Positions 12,326 to 21,922 of a DNA stretch of 64,000 nt are shown piece by piece. The notes beneath the pieces are model-generated. The model did no database searches and was not told the origin of the DNA. It was given only the letters and a program-made list of their open reading frames with translations. Both the position numbers and the translations under genes were made by a program. The stretch is from Anthoceros angustus. Its lineage: Eukaryota > Plantae > Anthocerotophyta. The stretch's first letter is position 1; the number at the start of each line of letters is the position of its first letter. Location of the stretch: positions 1-64,000 of the forward strand of contig MU008162.1 in NCBI GenBank assembly GCA_010909165.1, read 5' to 3'.

Positions 12326-12467
12326 ACCAACACGACGCATGCGCACGTTCTATGGTCATGTTAGTTATGTCCCTCACGGAAATAGGGATATCGCCTACAA
12401 AAGAATCGGACAAGAAGGTTCACCCTCTTAAGGGGTTTGTATATTAACCCCTTGCAACTATCGTGTT

Positions 12468-13769
12468 AGGGATATAACCCTAACGAGATAAAACCTTCAT
12501 TCCCTTCTGAGACATGTCCTAACCGGAAATGCCACAAAGAAACATTTGGCTGCTCTGTTACACTGATTATATGATCTTTGACATTGTTTACCTGAAGTGA
12601 GTACAAAGTGCCACACTTTGATCCACGAGCTAACACAAGAGAACCTTTGAAGATCTTCCAAGAGTTATCCCCAAACCAGCAGTGGTAACCAGCATCATCC
12701 AAGCATCTGCGCTAATCATGCTCTTTGTCAACTTGAACATGCCTAACGTCCTTGACATGAATGAAGATCCGTTGTCAAACTTGAGTTGCACATCACCGCT
12801 GCGATCATGCGTAGTTATTTCCAAGCCTAACACATCCTTTCATTGTAGCATCATACGTGCTAAACCACTCTCTATGAGGAGTAACATGGAAAGATGCACC
12901 AGAGTCAATTATCCAATTGTAGAATAAATGATTACCCACGGCTGTTAATTGTGCAACATTCAAGTAAGAAGAGATAAGGACATCTCCGTCCTCAACAAAA
13001 TTTAACTCTTCCAACCTGACATTCGAAGTCGCCTTCTTGTCGTCCTGCTTCTTCTCTTTTCCTTGGTCCTTTTTGAACTTCTCGCACTCTTTTTTGAAGT
13101 GACCCCTTTTGTGACAATAGTGACACTCCACATTCTTGTTACGACTACGAGATTTGCTACGAGAAAAGCTTGTCCGGTTGCTTCCCCTTCGCGTGGACCT
13201 CCCTCTCACTATGAGACCTTTGGAACCTTTGGAAGGTTCCATGTTTTTCTCACCTCCTCGGTTAACAGGCTACCTTCTACATTTACAATGGTAAGACCAC
13301 TAGCGGGAGTACTCAGGCATGAAGGTGTCCCAACTCTGCAGTAATGTGACCAGAAACATAGCTCTCACGGAATCAGGAATGTGATACCTTGAGATGAGGC
13401 TGAAAATGGTATTGAAATCATTCGGATGATCGGACATCCTCGTCCCTTCCTTCATCTTCAAGTCCACCATTTTCAATACCACACGAAGCCGCACTTTGCT
13501 TCTCATACAGTCCTGCACACCGTCGTAACTTGTGGTCTTATCTTTCACATTGAAGTACATTTTGACAATGTTAGCATGATAGTAGATCTAGCAAGCTCAT
13601 CCAGTCCTGCCACTCATCGAGTCATACTATACGGTTTGGCCTAACTGACTTTATGGGCTTGATGCTTTTACGCACTAGAACATTATACACTTGTTCTTTC
13701 GAGCGGGAAGTTAGTACCATCTAACTTCTCGATATTGAAAATAGCGTTTTACGATGATGAAGATATCAT
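12468..13769 (-). pseudogene. copia gag - aspartic protease - GAG-pre-integrase (frameshifted)
   Basis: IFNIEKLDGTNFP start; MVDLKMKEGTRMSDH; zinc knuckle VECHYCHKRGHFKKEC; protease WIIDSGASFHVTPH; SLWHFRLGHVSE. Confidence 0.93.
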
Positions 13770-14077
13770 AACTCAAAAATCGTCTGAGATAAAACACTCG
13801 ACTCGCCTTGTCGAGAAAAGTCAAAGAAGAAAAAGCGATCCGTGCCGTGTATTTTGCGTTGTTGTTCCCGGAAATATGCTGTTGAATATTTTGAATTTTC
13901 TTTCGCCGCCCGACTTCGACACCACGATTATTTCGGTGCGGGTTCTTGGGCGACCGCGGCGCTCTCGCCCTCGCTGCGCTCTCGGCTCGCGGCGTTCGCG
14001 CCGTGCTCACCTCGGCCGCAACTCTGCTGCGCAGCGGCTCACATGACAATCTGGCGGGTAGTCGCGCTGGCGGCACC

Positions 14078-14120
14078 GTGCCCGCGCCCGCGCCCGTGGC
14101 CCGGCCGCGCCCGTGGCCCG

Positions 14121-14156
<36 letters not shown>

Positions 14157-14510
14157 GCCCGCGCCCGCGCCCGTGGCCCGGCCGCGCCCGCGCCCGCCGC
14201 CCGCGCCCGTGGCCCGGCCGCGCCCGCCGCCCGCGCCCGCGCCCGCCCGCGCCCGTGGCCCGGCCGCGCCGCCCGCGCCCGTGGCCCGGCCGCGCCCGCG
14301 CCCGCGCCCGCGGCCGCCGCCCGTGCCCGCGGCTGCGCGCCCGTGGCCCGGCCGCGCCCGTGGCCCGGCCGCGCCCGTGGCCCGGCCGCGCCCGTGGCCC
14401 GGCCCGGCCGCGCCCGCGCCCGCGCCCGTGGCCCGGCCGCGCCCGCGGCCGCCGCCCGTGCCCGCGCCCGTGCCCGCGCCCGCCTGTGTCGCGGCCTCCG
14501 CCGTGCCCGC
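14078..14510. repeat. Extremely GC-rich compound minisatellite (GCCCGC 6-mers and GCCCGTGGCCCGGCCGC 17-mers)
   Basis: Visible directly; no A and few T over ~430 bp on the plus strand. Confidence 0.95.
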
Positions 14511-14526
14511 ACGGCCGAAGCCCCTA

Positions 14527-14644
14527 GGAAGGAGCACAAGAAGCTTCCTAGTGATTAGCTTCAGCTAAACTAATGATACTTAACTGACACCTAACTTAGA
14601 CTAAGTGTATTAGTCTAAGTACATTGGGCTTTAATACCCTTACA
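14527..14644 (-). repeat. Truncated 5' LTR of the copia element (outer 118 bp only; inner part and PBS missing)
   Basis: 115/118 identical to 2191-2308; abuts the GC minisatellite region. Confidence 0.88.
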
Positions 14645-14736
14645 GATAGAGCATCCTTCATAGGAAGCCATGCTAGATTATGTGTCCAGCAATACTGATT
14701 GCCCCATGCTTAGACTCATGGCTATCATCTATTTAA

Positions 14737-14877
14737 GCTTTGATACCATGTTCATTTTATGTGCGGAAGACCTCTCACACAAACACTAAGTGCAGGAGAC
14801 AATGAATGAATTAATAGCGTCAAATTGTTCTTATTAACAAAGTAACTGAGGTAGGTTAAATAAATATAACCCTAATA
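14737..14877 (-). mobile_element. Short LTR (14749-14877) plus tRNA-iMet PBS of a second, older retroelement
   Basis: Minus strand ...CTTCCGCACATAAAATGAACA|TGGTATCAAAGC (canonical TGGTATCAGAGC, 1 mismatch); LTR starts TATTAGGG; shares motifs with the LTR-like remnant of the array unit. Confidence 0.75.
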
Positions 14878-14899
14878 GTAGTTGGGTGTCGTCGTCGTA

Positions 14900-15580
14900 G
14901 TCCATTTCCCTCCACTTCAAGGCTGACGTCTCCAATGTTGTTGACATTGGACGTTCCCCTTCAGTCTGATGCCCTGCTGATGTCTCACCTGGCTGCCCCG
15001 ACCTTCCTTTGCCGTATTGTAGGGTCTGATCCACCTCCTGATCCTCCTCCTCGCTGCTTTCCTCCCACTATTTGTGGACTGTTAAGACACTCCTGATCCA
15101 ATCGGTCCATCATCCTCTAACTCTTCATTGGACACATCGCTGAGCTTTACTTCAAGGAGGTCGCAAACCTTTGACTCCATTCCAGCTAAGTCATCTCTAA
15201 ACGTTGAGGTGACCTTCTAGTAAACCCTTCTGACTGCCTTGCTCTTTCCTCTTGTTAATTCTCCAACCTTCTCCTTAAGCTTGGCAGTCTCCTCCTTATG
15301 CTTCAAGAGCCCAGCCTTGGCTCTCACTGCCTTCTTGGCCCAAGAGAAGACTGTCCCTTGAGGTCCCTTACCGTCTTCCTTTCCAATACACCATGGCCAT
15401 GAGCCTCACCTTTCATTGTCTGCAACTCGTCACTGCCTTGTCCAGCTCCTTCCTTACTTCGGCTAAGGTATTCTCGTGGGCTTCCTCGTCTTGCCTGATG
15501 GTTATGCCAAGAATATGGTGCTGAGCTTCCAGCAGGGATCTTGCCGCAAGCTAGGGGATCATTCACCATTTCCAACGTAC
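14900..15580 (-). pseudogene. Degenerate coiled-coil ORF
   Basis: Broken reading such as AGLLKHKEETAKLKEKVGELTRGKSK..FRDDLAGMESKVCDLLEVKLSDVSNEELEDD; stops and frameshifts; family not recognised. Confidence 0.3.
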
Positions 15581-16286
15581 AATATCCCGTTATGAGATAT
15601 TAGAGCTTTTACTTGATCATGAATTAACAATAGTCGGTAATTTTGTAATGGATCTGGGCGTTCCAATCCTCAAATGCTTATAAACTCATCATCTTCATTT
15701 TGTATATGTATTAGTCCATCTTCAAATAAGCCTATAACTTTACCATCTTCTCTTCTTACTAATTGAATTACCCCATAATCATCATGACGTGGTACTTGAT
15801 GAATTTCTATTCGAACATCGGTTATTCCAAACTCCACATGATCTCGAAGGTACTTTATCTCATTTCCAAATATTAGAGCTATTAATTTATTTTAATAAAC
15901 AGTACTCTAGAATTTTCTAATTGAGTTGAGTTTTCAAATCCATCAACATATATACTTCTACCATTTCCTAATGTTATAGTAGCTACCCCATTATGGAATG
16001 ATATTTGGTGAGATTGTAATCGGATCTCACCCATTCCAATGTTCACATCAATTTCTAAATATCCCTCAAGACGATAAAACATTTTAATCCTACAGTTGGG
16101 GCATGTACTATTTTCCTCTATCCATGGCGTAAGACATATCTTGTGAAAAATGTGACCACATTCATTGACCTTGATGATCTCTTCTTCTTTTTCAATACCA
16201 TGAAGACAAATGGTACAATCAATTCTTTCATTGTTATCATACTTGTTTACCGTTATATTTGGGGCAATCATTGTCTCATCGTCCAT
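15570..16286 (-). pseudogene. RING-H2 (C3H2C3) zinc-finger E3 ligase-like gene, intronless; ORF 15882-16286, with reading continuing past stops
   Basis: CTICLHGIEKEEEIIKVNECGHIFHKICLTPWIEENSTCPNCR is a full RING-H2 signature; protein-like reading continues after the TAA (IALIFGNEIKYLRDHVEFG...LYVGNG) with a second stop. Confidence 0.85.
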
Positions 16287-17270
16287 ATTGATTCAAAGCT
16301 TTGCAACCTGAGCCCTCTACGGACAGTAATTGTTAATACCATAAGCATATATATACCATAAGCATGTATATGTGGTGGTTTAATCTTGCTTCTTTCTTGA
16401 TGGTGGACACACTCATAGTCAATTGATGGCGGTTTCTGATTCTGACATTGAATTGTGGAAGCTCAAGGAAAACTTCAAGAATCATCATTTTAATTTCTCT
16501 ATCATGGATATATAGATAGTGATTTACATTATTCTAACATGCAACAAAATTTCCCACGAATATAAAAGACTCAATAGCTTGCAAAAAAAATAGTCTTGGA
16601 GTTTAAAATATTAAAAATTGTAAAACACATCCTTCAGCTTGAGAGTTTAGAGACCATGGAACCATATGAATATTAAACTCATCCAACGATATAGATAATT
16701 GGAATTGAATTTACACACTTCATGCTCCCACAACCTCTAGACTTCTCTATCCTTCTCAATAAGAGTATGGAGGAAAAAGCTAGGGAATGCTCTTTTGGCT
16801 AATACCCTTGACCATTACTCCTTATATAGGGACACTTTTGTGTTTTCATTTTGAAGTAACTGTTTTATTAAGCCTCATCCTTTATATATATGGATGGGTT
16901 TATTGCATTTCTAAGTAACTATTTTATTAAGCCTTATGTAGGCTAGTTTTCTCAATTCCTAAACAAGCCTTGAATACCACTAACCTCAATTCACTTATTT
17001 TGATCTTCCATTGAACAAGGCACTGCCTTTAAGCTATCCACCAAACCAACCATCTTAGCCAAATCTTCTTAAAGCTAAGATAAAGGCTCCAAAAATTCTT
17101 ATACTCTACATCATCGGCTTGGAAAACTTTGTTGTTGTAGGAATCTAGTCTTGTGAGTATTGATCACAACCCTTCACCTTCCTGGCCCCGTCTAATTCCC
17201 ACCCAATATGTCTTGCCTTTCCTGGTATGGATTTGGTCCTTTGGAACTAGAATTATGCCTCCTACTCAGA

Positions 17271-17620
17271 TACCTACATCATTTTTCTCTTCTTTGTCGC
17301 GTGTCCAGCTAGAGAATGCGCGATGAAGAAGAGTTGTAGAGCTAAGTTGTACACCCCTTCGGTGATATGGAAGGGAGCCTATGACCCTACCTACATCATT
17401 TTTCTCTTCTTTGTCGCGTGTCCAGCTAGAGAATGCGCAATGAAGAAGAGTTGTAGAGCTAAGTTGTACACCCCTTCGGTGATATGGAAGGGAGCCTATG
17501 ACCCTACCTACATCATTTTTCTCTTCTTTGTCGCGTGTCCAGCTAGAGAATGCGCGATGAAGAAGAGTTGTAGAGCTAAGTTGTACACCCCTTCGGCGAT
17601 ATGGAAGGGAGCCTATGACC
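17271..17620. repeat. 117-bp tandem repeat x3
   Basis: Copies start at 17271, 17388 and 17505; near-identical. Confidence 0.95.
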
Positions 17621-18435
17621 TCACTGCCCGCTACGCTAGCCCACCCCACTTCTTCTTTCATGCAAACATTTGTGTGGATCATGATTCATTGATCCTGGAA
17701 AGTTTTAGCTCATTCCGCTTCATATTCAATTTGGGTAGGTATAAGTAGTTAACGTTGCGCCCTTCCAAACTAATTTAAACTTTAAGTCAGGGTGGAGCTG
17801 GAAAGTTATCCAACAGCCGCATTTTGGGACATGTATGCTCAAGTTATGCTTGTCCTTTTTAGACCTTTAAGTATCCTATTTTTGGGATTCTCTGTATGAC
17901 CATATTCTACAATTAAGTTCTTGCACTTCAATGCTACAACTACACAAAAATGCACATTCATAGACGAAGGGTCATACATCCCTATGTAATCCATCTTGGT
18001 CCATTGTCTTCTTGTTACGCTCAAGCTAGGCCCCTAAGCATGAATAATAGGGTATGGGGCCATGAAGCTTGGGATGGGTAGCACTTCATCCAAGCAGTGA
18101 TCCTTCCCAAAGACCCTTATCAGTCTTATCAGTGGAGTTCAAATGAACTCACGTCTAGATGTAACTACTTGACAGGAGGAAGATTTTTGGATTCAAACCT
18201 AAGACATGGGTTAGTTTTACCATGCGCACCATTTGAGCCATGGGTTGGTTTTGAATAAACACTCATGATCACCATGGGCTCGTTCTTGGATCCGAACCTT
18301 TTTTTGTTTAGCGAATTCAGAGACTTTATATACATTTCAAAGTATATGAAGAAATCCCACATTGAGATTTTGATGTGGAGTAACCCCGAAGGGCACTAAC
18401 AACTCAGATTTTTGATCTGGAAGAATCCCGTAGGG

Positions 18436-18547
18436 CACTAACAACTGGCTGCCCTCACACTGCGAAGACGATCACTAACAACTGGCTGCCCTCACACTGC
18501 GAAGACGATCACTAACAACTGGCTGCCCTCACACTGCGAAGACGATC
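18436..18547. repeat. 37-bp tandem repeat x3, preceded by two degenerate ~43-bp repeats (18362-18446)
   Basis: CACTAACAACTGGCTGCCCTCACACTGCGAAGACGAT at 18436, 18473 and 18510. Confidence 0.95.
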
Positions 18548-18976
18548 GAGGGCATGCTGTTTTAGTGAATACGTTTGTGCTCTCATGAAGTGTAGGGTCT
18601 AAGGTATTAGATTTGGCATGGCCTATGCTTCACTGGATGTATAATTGCCTAGGTCTATGCTTCACTGGATGTATAATTGCCTAGGTCTACGCTTCACTAG
18701 ATGTGACGAGGGCATGATGTTTTAGTGAATACGTTTGTGCTCTCATAAAGTGTAGGGTCTAAGGTATTAGATTTGGCATGGCCTATCCTTCACTGGATGT
18801 ATAATTGCCTAGGTCTATGCTTCACTGGATGTATAATTGCCTAGGCCTATGCTTCACTGGATGTATAATTGCCTAGGTCTATGCTTCATTGGATGTATAA
18901 TTGCCTAGGTCTATGCTTCACTGGATGTATAATTGCCTAGGTCTATGCTTCACGGGATGTATAATTGCCTAGGTCT
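18548..18976. repeat. Nested repeat: ~160-bp duplication carrying 32-bp minisatellite blocks (~2.5 and ~6 copies)
   Basis: GAGGGCATG...GGCATGGCCTAT occurs at 18548 and 18708; 32-mer CTATGCTTCACTGGATGTATAATTGCCTAGGT. Confidence 0.93.
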
Positions 18977-19259
18977 GAGAGAATACGTTATTGTCTCAAT
19001 AATGCTTCACGGAGCAATAGTCAATCAAATAACTAACATAGAAATTCTATCAATTATCTAACACAGACATCAAAACGATATAGATGTCACACTTCTTCTC
19101 AACATAGGCGGGAGACGTGGATTGCATTGCATGAACAAATGTGGTAAGCACGGAACAAAGATAGGAATTTAATGCACATGAATTGTTTACATATAAGGAA
19201 CAATTATTGCTTCATAACTGCTAAACTAATTACGAAACTAACCATTGTTTAAAGTCCTG

Positions 19260-19281
19260 ATATATATATATATATATATAT
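19260..19281. repeat. (TA)n microsatellite at the left boundary of the macrosatellite
   Basis: About 11 AT/TA dinucleotides fused directly to GGGGATGAGGATAC, the start of array homology. Confidence 0.95.
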
Positions 19282-19371
19282 GGGGATGAGGATACGAAGG
19301 CAGAATTTCTAAAATCCCTCTCAACTAACTTTCCAGCCTACATTCCCCCAGTTCCCGTGGTTATTTCTAAC

Positions 19372-20135
19372 ATGACTACCCAAGCTGCCGGATCCTATGG
19401 TGGGGGCTTTACGGAAAAAGACATATTTGATGGCAAATCAGCCAGGTATGAGAGTTGAAGGGCTAGAATGAAGGGTTTTCTAGATGCTACACATGTCGAA
19501 TTTGTAGATGGTTCTATCCTCCACGCCCAAGAGCTTTCTGGATGACATCGCCAAGTTTTACAAAGGCAATAAGATTGCATTTGCCATCCTACTCTTTGGT
19601 ATGGATGAAGCCACGGTGGCGAGGTTGAGTTCCTTCATACAGCAGCAAATGTCTGGACATAGTTGAAAGAAACTTATCAAGTTCATAACATCCTCACACT
19701 AGTTGCTACAGCGAATATTAGGGGCTGAGAATGAAGGGAGGGGACAACATTGCAGCTCACATAAGCAAGTTTTGCTATCAAGGCAAGGTTAGCCATGGTG
19801 GCAAGCAAGCTCGAAGACATTGATGTTGTTGCTTAGCTCCTCTGTAGTCTTCCACCTTTCTATCGTGATTCGTTTCCAATTAGAACTCTTCCTTGCGAGC
19901 ATCTATTCCTGCGATTCGTCGAGAAAAACACCAACTCGACCCTTAATGAGCTCATTGGAACCCTACTTCAAGAGGAGCATAGTACTCATTCTAGTGGCAT
20001 CGGAAGGGTGCGCCGAGAAGGTTCTCGTTGCATCAAAGGGAAAAGCGTTTGGATAGGGAAGAGAGAAGGGAAGAAGAAGAAAAATCAAGAAGAAGAAGAA
20101 GAAGAAGAAAAATCAAAAGCCACAAAAGAGTTATG
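19372..20135 (+). pseudogene. copia gag (UBN2/Retrotran_gag_2-like) pseudogene in each unit (ATG also at ~24446, 28804, 32795, 38297, 43600, 48965, 52934, 58535, 62699)
   Basis: IFDGKS.YESWRARMKGFLDA..EFVDGSI..KIAFAILLFGMDE..VWT*LKETY..MKGGDNIAAHISKF..LL.SLPPFY..TLNELIGTLLQEE. In-frame TAG stops are shared between copies. Ends in a (GAA)n tract; no zinc knuckle or pol follows. Confidence 0.85.
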
Positions 20136-21644
20136 AAAGGGTGTTTGAAGCAAACTCGACCTTCCCAAGTCGAAATAATGTGGAGAGTGCGCAAAAGCAA
20201 AGCGGCGCTTACCGCAATTGTCAATGTCTAGCGAATGAAGCCTGCGTGATAGTCAAAACAATATTACCGTGACCATAAATTATAGATAGAACAAAGGGTC
20301 TCGTTAGAACTCACAAGATAGGAAGGTACAAAAAGGGACCGTCACGCTTCTGACCAATCTTGTAAAAACCTTAAAGATCTCATATTATTTCATATGTAAA
20401 ACTACCAATTTATTTTACTATCCAGTTGATTTTATTTTTCCAAAATGAACCCACATGATCCAGATTTTTCCTTTTTAGTGAGACTTGGAGTGACCATAAA
20501 TATAGAGAATGCATACTATATATGTGTGTTGAGAATATAAATAAAGGACATACTATATATGTGTGCTATACTAGGCTATATTTATGAATGCAAGTCGATA
20601 TACATTGACGTTTTAAGCTTGCGCACAAGTTCCTTTGATGTCTTAAGACCATGTGCCAAAGCCATAGCGGTTGTATTAAGCAAACCACCTGCAGGCGCCA
20701 CAAAGGCATAGATCGTCAAGCTCCCTCTCTTGTAGTATCCAAGAGAAGCAAAGCGGCGCTTGACCGCAATTGTCAATGTCTAGCGAATGAAGCCTGCGAT
20801 AGTCAAGCTTAATATTACCGTGACCATAAATTATAGATAGAACAAAGGGTCTCGCGTTAGAACTCACAAGATAGGAAGGTACAAAAAGGGACCGTCACGC
20901 TTACTGACCAATCTTGTAAAAACCTTAAAGATCTCATATTATTTCATATATAAAACTACCAATTTATTTTACTATCCAGTTGATTTTATTTTTCCAAAAT
21001 GAACCCACATGATCCAGTTTTTTCCTTTTTAGTGAGACTTGGAGTGACCATAAATATAGAGAATGCATACTATATATGTGTGTTGAGAATATAAATAAAG
21101 GACATACTATATATGTGTGCTATACTAGGCTATATTTATGAATGCAAGTCGATATACATTGACGTTTTAAGCTTGCGCACAAGTTCCTTTGATGTCTTAA
21201 GACCATGTGCCAAAGCCATAGCGGTTGTATTAAGCAAACCACCTGCAGGCGCCACAAAGGCATAGATCGTCAAGCTCCCTCTCTTGTAGTATCCAAGAGA
21301 AGCAAAGCGGCGCTTGACCGCAATTGTCAATGTCTAGCGAATGAAGCCTGCGATAGTCAAGCTTAATATTACCGTGACCATAAATTATAGATAGAACAAA
21401 GGGTCTCGCGTTAGAACTCACAAGATAGGAAGGTACAAAAAGGGACCGTCACGCTTACTGACCAATCTTGTAAAAACCTTAAAGATCTCATATTATTTCA
21501 TATATAAAACTACCAATTTATTTTACTATCCAGTTGATTTTATTTTTCCAAAATGAACCCACATGATCCAGTTTTTTCCTTTTTAGTGAGACTTGGAGTG
21601 ACCATAAATATAGAGAATGCATACTATATATGTGTGTTGAGAAT

Positions 21645-21654
21645 ATAAATAAAG
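21645..21654 (+). promoter_or_regulatory. Candidate TATA box (TATAAATAAA) between two CATACTATATATGTGTG direct repeats, one per unit
   Basis: About 45 bp upstream of an ATG starting a ~60-codon putative exon 1 (MNASRYTLTFKL..., ORF 25666-25878 in unit 2), which is followed by a T-rich ~65-nt segment ending TTCAAG|ATG. Confidence 0.35.
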
Positions 21655-21922
21655 GACATACTATATATGTGTGCTATACTAGGCTATATTTATGAAAGTC
21701 GATATACATTGACGTTTTAAGCTTGCAAGCGCAAGTTCCTTTGATGTCTTAAGACCATGTGCCAAAGCCATAGCATTGTATTAAGCAAACCAAAGGCATA
21801 GATCGTCAAGCTCCCTCTCTTGTAGTATCCAAGAGAAGCAAAGAGCAAAGACACCTTGAGGAGGCATGCTTACCTTCTTTTCATAATCTTATTTAGTGTT
21901 TACGGTCTACCTTTGATTCAAG

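Larger units (their letters stand above)
4740..12467. mobile_element. TIR DNA transposon (~7.7 kb) with DUF7869/Sola1-like transposase and a second, ParB-like gene
   Basis: Left TIR AACACGATATAGTTGCAAGGGGTGAATATAC (4740-4770); right TIR reverse complement AACACGATAGTTGCAAGGGGTTAATATAC (12439-12467). AGG duplicated at 4737-4739 and 12468-12470. Removing the element restores the copia frame LGYIP-RLISDLSMCDHCLYGK. Confidence 0.9.
2051..14644 (-). mobile_element. Ty1/copia LTR retrotransposon (Tnt1/Tork-like), degenerate, interrupted by a DNA transposon
   Basis: Order gag-PR-INT-RT-RH on the minus strand. 118 bp of LTR shared between 2191-2308 and 14527-14644 (3 differences). Minus-strand LTR starts TGTAAGGG after a PPT. 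GATAG flanks both ends (2046-2050, 14645-14649) with TG at 2051, consistent with a 5-bp TSD. The left boundary rests on that TSD match. Confidence 0.9.

Noticed and set aside
13909-13924. TGGTGTCGAAGTCGGG (minus) as PBS of the large copia
   Set aside because: Only loosely tRNA-like and not adjacent to an LTR end.
13842-14568. Long Arg/Pro/Ala ORFs in several frames
   Set aside because: By-product of the stop-free GC minisatellite.
14737-16286. Endogenous caulimovirus suggested by the Met PBS, coiled coil and RING ORFs
   Set aside because: The PBS directly follows an LTR-like ..AACA end, and no movement, coat or caulimoviral RT motifs were seen.
17266-17748. 138-aa and 141-aa ORFs with 39-aa repeats on both strands
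   Set aside because: Explained by the 117-bp tandem repeat; no domain recognised.
18436-18976. CRISPR-like appearance of 32-37 bp repeats
   Set aside because: Repeats are contiguous with no unique spacers, no cas genes are present, and the context is eukaryotic.
20028-20231. Poly-Arg/Glu/Lys ORFs in each unit
   Set aside because: Translations of the (GAA)n tract at the end of the gag remnant.
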